35,194 bases of DNA from Patellaria atrata CBS 101060 (taxonomy: Eukaryota), in assembly GCA_010093705.1 (NCBI GenBank), contig MU006119.1:135002-170195 (forward strand). Direction: 5' to 3'. This document shows positions 11,644 through 22,984 of this stretch, piece by piece (position 1 is the first letter of the stretch; every line of letters begins with the position of its first letter). Position numbers and translations under genes: made by a program. A model generated the notes under the pieces. The model saw nothing but the letters and a program-made list of their open reading frames with translations. It was not told where the DNA came from and did not search any database.

Positions 11644-12213
11644 ATACCTTAAACTAAATCTCGCGTAGTTTATCGTCGGTGTCTTATAGCCTAAATTATA
11701 TCCTCCGGTCGACTAATACTTACTCCCTATTTAATCTATCGCCGTTAATCTTATATTTACCGTCTCGATCTCTCTTCCGGCTTCTATTCTAAGTGTATAG
11801 CTCGTGGTTTAAAATGCGACCTTATAGTGATATAAAAGGATTAAGATAAGTTAAACGCTTCGCGATCTAAGCTTCGTCGTAAACTCGCTAAGGCGCGAGT
11901 TTCCCGTGATAACGTACACGCCCGGATATTAGAGGCTTTTACTCGTGAGGAGCGATTAATATAGTAACTCTAACTTCTCGATTAGAAGAAGGGCGAAATA
12001 ATTCATCGTAAGCTTAATTCTATTAAGAAACTTAAGGCTTTAAAGCGAGTAGCTAAAGGGTAGCGAGCTTCCTCGATCGCTCCTTCTTCCTCCATTATCG
12101 TGTCTTTCTCTAGTTAGTCTAGTTTAGATTTCCCTACCCTTAAGGGTCTAGAATTCCCTAGTTTTAACGATAAAACTATTTAAGTTTCTAATCGTAGTTC
12201 GTTAAGTGTTTAA
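11644..12213 (+). pseudogene. Antisense ORF relic of element A: predicted Zn(II)2Cys6-like cluster (11728-11817), coiled coil and Ser/acidic tail, ~190 codons
   Basis: De-RIP using A and C: MPRTKSR..HRRRLVAQIMSSGRP..TPCS.CRRQS..CRLDLSSGFCSECIARGLKCDL..TQKDWDKLDASRSKLRRELAEAR.SRDN.HARMLEAFAREERLMQQLQLLDQKEGEMIRRELSSIEELEALER. All stops are TAA/TAG explicable as RIP of CAA/CAG/TGG/CGA. The true stop position is uncertain. Confidence 0.75.
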
Positions 12214-15200
12214 GTGGTTTCTATATATTATCTATATATTTATAGTCTTTTCATTTTACTAAATACTTATACTAATTATTTATTTATTATAGGTCTAAGA
12301 TTTATTCTATCTCGTAGATATCTTCTTCCTCGAGTTCTATAGATCGTGTTTAAAGTTTAGTATTAGTAGATACTAGTTCTAGGAGTAATATATAGAAAAT
12401 TAAGTATATCTTTATTTCTTATAGTAATTCTAACTTATAATTAACTTTTCCTTTAACCTATTTAATTCTAAAAAGGCCGATTTTCTTATAGTCTAGTTTC
12501 TTATTAGGTCGTTTTATTTTAAGGTTTTTCTATAATAAGTAAACTTTATCCCTTCTTTTAAAGGTCGGTTTTAGCGACCTATACTAGTTACTATACTTCG
12601 TAGCTCTTATTATCTAGAAAGCTATATCTCGTGATAGCTATATATATAATTCCTTAATTTACTCGACTTTTAATATTACTTCTTATAAAATACTTTAAAC
12701 CGTTCTCGGCTCTCGATATACTTCTAGTTTAAAACTATAGTTTATATAGAAGGGTAAAACCTTTATAGTATCGAATTTCGCGCTATTATATACGAATTAC
12801 GTTATTAGTAGTAGCTCTACCTAGTTATTCTACTAGTAATTTATATAGTTACGTAAGTATTACTTTAGAGATTAATTTATTCTCTTAGTCTAGCTATCCA
12901 TTTATAGATAAAAGCTCGTTAATAGCTTATAGTTTACCCTTAGACTCTATACTAGAGTCTACTAAAACGTTAATTTAAATAGTTTATCTCTATCTAAGAT
13001 AATCTCTCTCGATATTTAGTGATTTACTAGCATTATTTTTATCACTAATACTACTACTTATAGTGCTATTATCGTTATCTTTACTAGTATAAAGTAGGTG
13101 AACTTTATTAGTCGCTCCACGATAACTAATATCGCGTTATACTTTACTTCTATCGCTAGATCTTTAGATCCTAGTAGATCTATAATAAAGTCTATCGTTA
13201 TTAAGTCCTATACTCGCTTTAGTGGCTTAATATATTATATCTATCTATAAGATACGTATTTAGTACTCTTATTTCGTATATAGTCGTTATACTCTAAAAT
13301 AACTTACTTTACTATATCTCTTACCCCTAGGAAATAGTAATTCCTTAAAATCCTTTTTAAGGTTTTATTAATACCTTAGTGATCGTGTGCTAGTGCTTTA
13401 TAGATCTCTTTAGTAAGGGTCTTTCGTAGTGTCGTTAGTATATATATAAGCTTATTATATAGCTATATTCCTTAAGCTATTTATATTACCCTAAAGTCGT
13501 TACCCTTTCGGAACTCCTCTATTATACTATCCTTCTAATAAGTATCACGAATTTATTATTCTCTTATAGATTCGATTATTAGTATTATAGCTAATCTTAG
13601 CTAGTTATAGATGATTACGTCGTTTTCTTTCTTTAGTACTATATCGTATACCGGTTTTATTCCTTCTAGATAGTCGGATCTTCTATTTATAGTATCGGCT
13701 AGTCTATTTTCGACTTTTAGTCTATAGAATATCTTAAAGTTAAAAGATACGAGTGTTTCTATCTATCTTACTTATCTTCAATTTAACTTCTTTATTATAA
13801 GGAAGTTTATTAGGTTTTAATAGTCTAATTAAACTTTTATAATAAACTTAGGTTCTTTAAAGTATAACCTCTATTATTTAAATATATCGACGATTACTAA
13901 TAACTCTTTATTATATACGTTATAATTTAGCTCTACGGCCGTGAATTTCCGTAAATAAAAGGCTATTAAATATAGTCGTCCTTTCTTATCTAGCTAACTT
14001 ATATATACACCTAGTATATAATTAGATACGTTAGTCTCTAGCACTATTAGTTTCTCTAGGTTAAATATAACTAAGATAGGTATTATAGTGAACTTCTTCT
14101 TAAATTCGTTGAATACTTTCTAGACCTTCTCTATCTAAATAAAGGTATTTTCCTTCTTTATTAATTCTAATAGTGATATTATTACCTTTAAGTACCCCTA
14201 AATAAACTTTCTATAATAGTTCGCGAAATCTAGGAATAATTATATATTCTTTATATTCTTCGGCGTTGGTTAATCTTAGATTATAGCTATCTTTTTTAGG
14301 TCTACTTATATACCTTTAGTGGTAACGATAAAGTCTAGGAATTTCGTTTCTTTAGTATAGAATTCACACTTATCTAGGTGTACTAGGAGTCTCTTTTCTT
14401 ATAGTTTCGTTAATACTTTCTTTATATACTTTCTATACTCTTCGAGTATTCCGTTTATATATACTAGTATATTATCTAAGTAAGTAATTATAAATACGTC
14501 TAAATACTTTTTTAATATATAATTAATCACTACTTAGAACGTTACTAGGGCGTTAGTTAAGCTAAATAGTATTACTATATATTTATATAGTCTAAACCTC
14601 GTTCTTATAACTATCTTCTATTCTTCGCCTTCTTTTATTCTAATTCGATAGTAACCGTCTCGGATATCGAATTTCGTAAACCATTTTACTCCTTATAACC
14701 TATCTTAGATTTCTAAGATTAAGGGTAATAGGTATCTATTCTTAACCGTAGTATCGTTTAACTATTTATAGTCGATATATAATCTTAGCTTACTATTCTT
14801 CTTTAGTATAAATAGAATCGGTAAAGCTATTAGGCTTTCGCTAGGTCGTATATATCCCTTTTCTAAGTTAGTGCGGATATATTCCTCGAGTGCTTTATAT
14901 TATTCTCTTATTAACGGGTAAATCGGACCGGGTCGTAGTTTCGTACCCTCTTTTAGCACTATCTTATAATCCCACGTTTAGTGATCTAGAAGTATAGTCG
15001 CTATATCTTCCTTAAATAAATCTTTAAACTCGCTATACTTTTTAAGTATCTTAGGTTCTTTAGAAACCTTCTTAGCGTCTATTTTCCTAAGTTATACTAC
15101 TTCTACGCTCTTAGATTTATTTCTATAGATCTTTATTATCTTATAATATAAAATACATCCTACGGATATATTAACGTCCGTCTACTTAGTACGTCTCGTT

Positions 15201-15661
15201 CACTTAACTTTATCCTTTTATAAGGTGTCTCGGTTAATCTAAATACTTCTCGTCTTTTAATTAATATTTAGGTTTATTATTTATAACTAGTTTATCCCTA
15301 GAATTATATTTATATCTTCTAAATTAGTTATAAGGATATATTAAGTAGTTACCTTTCCTTATATATTAACTTTTACCGATATAGTCTTAAAGTTAATTAG
15401 ACCTCGTCTATATCCTATTTCTTCGCCATTTCCTAGTCGTAACGGGACTAGATTTTCAAGTTTCGTGTAAGGTATACTCTTCTTTTCTACCTATTAGGGT
15501 GAGATAAACGAATCGGTGGCGCCGCTATTAACTAGCGCTATCGTTCTTTTACCGTGTATAGTAATATTTATCTAAAGCGTCCTATCGTTACTTCGTAGGG
15601 TTTTAAGGAACTTAGGAGCTATATTTCTCGATTATTCCTATCTCGAGTGGCTTAGTAGTTT
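12136..15661 (-). pseudogene. pol: pol relic of element A (PR-RT-RH-IN-chromodomain)
   Basis: Mirror of the C pol at 22975-26500. The 3' end is approximate. Confidence 0.9.
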
Positions 15662-17709
15662 TTTACGTAGCTATATACTAAGTAACTAGACTTTACGTAC
15701 ACGGTCTAGTGTAGTTTATCGTGTCGATTATAATATAGATCTTTACGATATTCCTTATATTCTAATTCTTAATATTCTCGTTTAATAACTACGTTATAAC
15801 TTAAGTTACTTTTAATTCCTACTCTCTATCTTTACGCGGTATAGTAATCGTATTATATTCCTCTAATAGCGTATTACCTAAAGTCTATCGCGTTATATTT
15901 AATAACTTATTTAATAGTTTCTCTTTTATCTCTAAACGTTTCTATTTTCTATAGGAACACTTTTTCTTTATAGAACTCTTCTTTTAATCCTTTATAGTAC
16001 TAGTAATTTATACTATATTCATAATCTACCTATATTACTACTATATATTCTACGTGGATTAGCGCCCCGTAATATTGTCTATATTTTAGTTTATCCGTGT
16101 AACTAAAACTATTATACTTTCTATAGTCGCCTATTAGTGGTTCGAGTCCTCGGTTCTTTTTAAGTGTTTTCGTTTCGTCTTCGTGGGTTTTACACCCTCT
16201 TACCTAGCACTCGTTTTTAGATAAATGTACGTGTATAGGGTCTCGGTCCTTAAACTTTACTATAACCTTCTATTATTTATAGTATAAGTAGCTATCCTCT
16301 TTATACTATATTTATTAAAAGGCTAGGTAGTCTTTTACTCTTAATATAAGATTTAATTATTATTCTTTAATAGTTATATCGGTATCGGATTCGGGTTTAA
16401 TCGGTTCCTAATTTCGGAACTCTTATTTAAGCTAACGTTATTATTCTATAATCCGGTATATAAGACTTAGTCCGTTAAATATTTATACTCTAATCCTTTA
16501 ACCCTAATTCTATACTAAGTATTCTAATACTATATATACGTGTATATTTCCGTATATCTAATATTATTAGTAGTTTAAATATTATCGGAGTATCTCCTCT
16601 TCTAGCTAGTTTCCTTTTATTAGGAATAACGTTAATAGCCTACTCACTCCTATTTAGTAAGGTAGCGGCGTTTCTTCGGTCTCTTCTTCTTCTAGCGATA
16701 AGACTAGTGACGGTAGTGTTAGATATATAACTCTAAATTATATACGTCGGTTATATCGCGATAATAGTTATATCTTTTATAGATAGTCTCTCTTAAAATA
16801 TCCCACTTCTCTATATTATAGATATACTTTATTCGTAAAGCGTTCTTTCTCTTTCTAGATAAATTATTGTTATTTCTTTAACTTTTTCTATTTTATCTAT
16901 TATAGTCGGTCGAGGTCTATCGAGTCCCTTTAATTTTATCTATTCGTGGCCCTCGTTACCTTCTTTCTATATCTAACTATAATATTCTTCTATCCTCTCT
17001 TTTTCTATCTACGCTCGTATAATTTATTATCTATTTTAACTACTAAAGTCACTATATTCTATATAGTTATTAGTCTCTTATAATAAATCTATTCGTCCTT
17101 TACTTCTTCCTTTAAACCTTAGTAGAAGGCGATTATTAGTGATTTATTAGGCTAACCTAATATTAATACTACTTATTAAAATATAGTTATATATTTTAAA
17201 GTTAATTCCTTCTATCTAAGTCCTTAAAGCTTTCTTTTAGTTATCTATTATTTATCGACTTCTCTAAAGACGTTCTTAAGCGTTTCTTTAAACTTTAAAA
17301 ATAACGTGAAGATCTTACTCGTTTTATCTTCTTAATTTTCCTTATTATTCTTAAAATAGTCTCGTATAATAGGTTTAAATCATTCTAAAGTGTCTTCTTT
17401 AAGGTATGTTAATATATTAAGTATACGTTCACTATTATCTATTAGCCCTATTCTTTTATAATAGATTCTTATCTAGGTTAAGAATCCTCTTAGCTCATCT
17501 CGTTTATTATCGTATAACGCGGGTTCTTTAACTTTTATGGTTCGCTTCTATAGTAAGAGTAACTATACGGTAAGTTATTCGAGCTAGTCCCTAAGTTCTT
17601 AGACTATTCCTTTATTTTTAAGTTCGTTAATATATTTATATAACACTTAAATATATTTTTTATCCGTTTTTATATTAGCTATAGCTAATAATATCGTGTT
17701 TAAGTCTAT
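15652..17709 (-). pseudogene. gag: gag relic of element A
   Basis: Mirror of the C gag at 20927-22984. Confidence 0.85.
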
Positions 17710-17740
17710 TATACGCCTTCCTACTACGTGGTAGTTATAA

Positions 17741-18350
17741 TATTATAACGGGAGTCTATACTTATTAAGACGGAACTAGATAAGTCTAGAAACGCGCCTA
17801 GTTTCTCACTTAACGTGGTTAACTATAAAGGTAGGTTTAGTAAAGTGATAGAATACGTATAATAAAGATATTTTAAGTTATCGATATAACTTACTAACTC
17901 CTTAACTTCCGGTAATACTTATAATAAGATAAGATATACTATATAGAAATAGTATAATAAGTGAAGTTAAGTTTAAAACCGTAATATCTAAATCTATAGA
18001 TAAGATTAATAGTAAGAATAACTACGAAGAATCTAAATATATAAAGGAAAGATTATTCTTAAATATTTCTATTCTCTATAATTAATTTAGTATATCTATA
18101 TCTTTTTAGATATAGTGGCCGTTCTAGATATAAATCTCCTTCTATATCCTTTATATCTATTATATCTATAATCTAGATATCTTAGACGTGGTGGACGTAA
18201 ATCCCCTTTTATATCCTTTACGTCTATTACGTCTATAGTTTCTAATCACGTGACCCCTTATTACTAGTTTTATCTATAGTTCTCCCGAGTGGTATTCCTA
18301 CTTTCTCTTCACTCGTTATCTATATATTCTTATAACTTATAGCTATAATA
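17741..18350 (-). repeat. 5' LTR of element A (610 bp)
   Basis: Direct repeat of 10919-11528, adjacent to the PBS region and gag start on the minus strand. Confidence 0.95.
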
Positions 18351-20285
18351 AAATCTTTTTAATATTTACTTTTTTAAATTATATTATTTTTATATTTTTA
18401 AATTTATTTCTATAAATCTTTATTATTTTATAATATAAAATATATCTTATAAATATATTAATATTTATTTATTTAATATATTTTATTTATTTAATTTTAT
18501 TCTTTTATAAAATATTTTAATTAATTTAAATATTTTTTATTTTTTAATTAATATTTAAATTTATTATTTATAATTAATTTATTTTTAAAATTATATTTAT
18601 ATTTTCTAAATTAATTATAAAAATATATTAAATAATTATCTTTTTTTATATATTAACTTTTATTAATATAGTTTTAAAGTTAATTAAATTTTATTTAAAT
18701 TTTATTTCTTTATTATTTTCTAATTATAATAAAATTAAATTCTTAAATTTTATATAAAATATATTCTTTTTTTTTATTTATTAAAGTGAAATAAATAAAT
18801 TAATAATATTATTATTAATTAATATTATTATTTTTTTACTATATATAATAATATTTATTTAAAGTATTTTATTATTATTTTATAAAATTTTAAAAAATTT
18901 AGAAATTATATTTCTTAATTATTTTTATCTTAAATAATTTAGTAATTTTTTATATAATTATATATTAGATAATTAAATTTTATATATATAGTTTAATATA
19001 ATTTATTATATTAATTATAATATAAATCTTTATAATATTTTTTATATTTTAATTCTTAATATTTTTATTTAATAATTATATTATAATTTAAATTACTTTT
19101 AATTTCTACTTTTTATCTTTATATAATATAATAATTATATTATATTTCTTTAATTATATATTATCTAAAGTTTATCGTATTATATTTAATAATATATTTA
19201 AATATTTTCTTATTATTTTAAAATATTTTTATTTTTTATAGAAATATTTTTTTTTATAAAACTTTTCTTTTAAATCTTTATAATATTAATAATTTATATT
19301 ATATTTATAATCTATTTATATTATTATTATATATTCTATATAAATTAATATTTAATAATATTATTTATATTTAAATTTATTTATATAATTAAAACTATTA
19401 TATTTTCTATAATTATTTATTAATAACTTAAATTTTTAATTCTTTTTAAATATTTTTATTTTATTTTTATAAATTTTATATTTTTTTATCTAATATTAAC
19501 TTTTAAATAAATATATATATATAAAATCTTAATTTTTAAACTTTATTATAATTTTCTATTATTTATAATATAAATAATTATTTTTTTTATATTATATTTA
19601 TTAAAAGATTAAATAATCTTTTACTTTTAATATAAAGTTTTATTATTATTTCTTTATAATTATATTAATATTAAATTTAAGTTTAATTAATTTTTAATTT
19701 TAAAATTTTTATTTAAATTAATATTATTATTTTATAATCTAATATATAAAATTTAATTTATTAAATATTTATATTTTAATTCTTTAATTTTAATTTTATA
19801 TTAAATATTTTAATATTATATATATATATATATATTTCTATATATTTAATATTATTAATTATTTAAATATTATTAAAATATTTTTTTCTTTAATTAATTT
19901 TCTATTATTAAAAATAATATTAATAATTTATTTATTTTTATTTAATAAAATAATAATATTTTTTTAATCTTTTTCTCTTTTAATAATAAAATTAATAATA
20001 ATAATATTAAATATATAACTTTAAATTATATATATTAATTATATTATAAAAATAATTATATTTTTTATAAATAATTTTTTTTAAAATATTTTATTTCTTA
20101 TATTATAAATATATTTTATTTATAAAATATTCTTTTTCTTTTTAAATAAATTATTATTATTTCTTTAATTTCTTTTATTTTATTTATTATAATTAATTAA
20201 AATTTATTAAATTTTTTTAATTTTATTTATTTATAACTTTTATTATTTTCTTTTTATATTTAATTATAATATTTTTCTATCTTTT

Positions 20286-20895
20286 TATTACGGCTATAAG
20301 TTATAGGAATATATAGATAACGAGTAAGGGGAAAGTAGGAACACCACTTAAGAGAACCACGGATAAAACTAGTAATAAGGGATCACGTGATTAGAAACTA
20401 TAGATGTAATAGACGTAAAGAATATAAGAGAGGATCCACGTCTATTATATCTAAGACGTCTAGGTTATAGACGTAGTAGATATAAAGAATATAGAAGGAG
20501 ATTTACGTCTAAAATAGTTATTACGTCTAAAAAGATATAGATATATTAAATTAATTATAGAGGATAGGAATATTTAAGGATAATCTTTCCCTTATATATT
20601 TAGATTCTTCGTAGTTATTCTTACTATTAATCTTATCTATAGATTTAAATATTACGGTTTTAAACTTAACTTTACTTATTATATTATTTCTATATAGTAT
20701 ATCTTATCTTATTATAAGTATTACCGGAAGTTAAGAAGTTAGTAAGTTATATCGATAACTTAAAATACCTTTATTATATATATTCTATCACTTTACTAAA
20801 TTTATCTTTATAGTTAACCACGTTAAGTGAGAAGCTAGGCGTGTTTCTAGATTTATCTAGTTCTATCTTAATAAGTATAGACTCCCGTTATAATA
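20286..20895 (+). repeat. 5' LTR of element C (610 bp)
   Basis: tattacggc...cccgttataata (RIP form of TGTTACGGC...GTTGTAACA or similar), a direct repeat of 27108-27717. Confidence 0.95.
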
Positions 20896-20897
20896 TT

Positions 20898-20905
20898 ATA
20901 ACTAC
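20898..20905 (+). promoter_or_regulatory. Candidate self-priming PBS (ataactac), complementary to gtagttat at 20611-20618 within the LTR
   Basis: Lies 2 nt downstream of the 5' LTR. No TGG-starting tRNA-type PBS is visible. The complementary 8-mer sits just downstream of a TATA-like tatatatt (20593-20600). Confidence 0.4.
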
Positions 20906-20926
20906 TATATAGTAGAAAGGCGTATA

Positions 20927-22984
20927 ATAAATCTAGATATAATATTATTAGCCGTAGCTAACACGAAAACGGATAAAGAATATATTTAGGCGTTATATAA
21001 ATATATTAATAAACTCGAAAATAAAGAAATAATCTAAGAACTTAGAGACTAGCTTAAATAACTTACTATATAATTACTCTCACTATAAAAGCGAACCGCG
21101 AAAGTTAAAGAACCCGCGTTATACGATAGTAAACGAGATAAGTTAAAAGGATTCTTAATCTAAATAAGAATCTATTATAAAAGAATAGAGCTAACGGACG
21201 ATAATAAACGTATACTCGATATATTAACGTACCTTAAAGAAGACGCTTTAGAATAGTTCGAATCTATTATACGAGATTATCTTAAGAATAATAAGGAAGA
21301 TTAAAAAAACGAAATAAGTAAAATTTTCGCGTCGTTTCTAAAGTTTAAAGAAACGTTTAAGAACGTCTTTAAGAAAATCGACGAATAATAGGTAATTAAA
21401 AGGAAGTTTTAAGGATTTAAATAAAAGGAATTAGCTTCGAAGTATATAACTATATTCTAATAGATAGTATTAATATTAGATTAGCCTAATAAACCACTAA
21501 TAATCGCCTTCTACTAAGGTTTAAAGGAAGAAGTGAAGGACGAATAAGTTTATTATAAGAGACTAATAACTATATAGAATATAGTAACCTTAATAATTAG
21601 AATAGATAATAGATTATACGAGCGTAAATAGAAAAAGGGAGGACGGAAGAATATTATAATTAGATATAAGAAGAAGGTAACGAGGGCTATAAATAGATAA
21701 AATTAGAGGGATCTAATAGACCTCGACCGACTATAATAGATAAAATAGAAAAAGTCGAAGAAATAATAATAATTTATTTAGAAAGAGAAAGAACATTTTA
21801 TAAATAAAGTATATCTATAATATAGAGAAGTGGGATATTTTAAGAGAGACTATCTATAAAAGACGTAACCACTATCGCGATATAACCGACGTATATAACT
21901 TAGAGTTATATATCTAATACCACCGTCACTAGTCTTATCGCTAGAAGAAGAAGAGACCGAAGAAACGCCGCTATCTTACTAGATAGAGGTGAGTAGGCTA
22001 TTAACGTCGTTCCTAATAAAAGGAAACTAGCTAGAAGAGGAGATACTCCGATAATATTTAGACTACTAATAATATTAGACGTACGGAAACGTATATATAT
22101 ATATAGTATTAGAATACCTAGTATAGAATTAGGGTTAAAGAATTAAAGTATAAATATTTAATAGACTAAACCTTATATACTAAATTATAGAATAATAACG
22201 TTAGCTTAAATAAGAGTTCTAAGATTGAAAACCGATCGAACCTAAATCTAATACCGACGTGACCGTTAAAGAATAATAATTAAATCTTATACTAAGAGTA
22301 GAAGACTATCTAGCCTTTTAATAGATATAATATAAGGAGGATAGCTACTTATACTATAAATAATAGAAGGTTATAGTAAAGTTTAGGGACTAAGACCCTA
22401 TATATATATATTTACCTAAAAGTAAGTGCTAGGTAAGAGGGTATAAAACCCACGAAGATGAAACGAAAACACTTAAAAAGAACTAAGGACTCGAATCACT
22501 AATAGGCGACTATAGAAAGTATAATAGTTTTAGTTATATAGATAAACTAAAATATAGACGATATTACGAGGCGCTAATCCATATAGAATATATAGTAGTA
22601 ATATAGGTAGATTATAAATATAGTATAGATTACTAATACTATAAAGGATTAGAAGAAGAGTTTTATAAAAGAAAAATATTCCTATAGAAAATAGAAGCGC
22701 TTAAAGATAAAAGAGAAACTATTAAGTAAGTTACTAGATATAACGCGATAGACTTTAGATAATACGTTATTAGAGGGATATAATATAATTACTATACCGC
22801 GTAAAGATAGAGAGTAGAAATTAAAAGTAACCTAAGTTATAACGTAGTTATTAAACGAGAATATCGAGAATTGGAATATAAGGAATATCGTAAAGGTCTA
22901 TATTACGATCGACACGATAAACTACACTAGACCGTATACGTAAAGTCTAGTTACCTAGTATATAGCTACGTAAAAAACTACTAA
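20927..22984 (+). pseudogene. gag: gag relic of element C (~685 codons) with CCHC zinc knuckle and long C-terminal extension
   Basis: De-RIP reading gives ...KVKEPALYDGKRDELRGFLTQMRIY... and ...LMIAFYQGLKEEVKDE.... The knuckle C-L-Q-C-G-E-V-G-H-F-K-R-D-C lies at 21812-21853 in the same frame. Confidence 0.85.
22972..22978 (+). promoter_or_regulatory. Probable -1 ribosomal frameshift heptamer A AAA AAC at the gag/pol junction
   Basis: Phased X XXY YYZ in the gag frame (gta aaa aac), and pol is in the -1 frame relative to gag. Mirror site in A at 15658-15664. Confidence 0.7.

Larger units (their letters stand above)
10919..18350 (-). mobile_element. Element A: full-length 7432-bp chromodomain-type Ty3/Gypsy retrotransposon, RIP-inactivated
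   Basis: 610-bp LTRs at 10919-11528 and 17741-18350. TSD AAATC at 10914-10918 and 18351-18355. It is the reverse-complement counterpart of element C (coordinates sum to 38636 at every landmark checked). Confidence 0.97.

Noticed and set aside
11644..12213. Extra ORF as an env-like gene or a captured intact host transcription factor gene
   Set aside because: It is antisense to gag-pol with no evident signal peptide or transmembrane segment. It is short, shows no sign of introns or a fungal TF middle-homology region, and is an integral part of all three element copies.
19817..19835. (TA)n microsatellite
   Set aside because: It aligns to ctatatatacgtgtatatt in element A (~16530-16548), so it is the RIP end-product of gag coding sequence.
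17741..20895. Inverted 610-bp repeats around 18351-20285 as TIRs of a DNA transposon
   Set aside because: They are the 5' LTRs of A and C, each belonging to an element with its own TSD, and the spacer is gag/pol of B.
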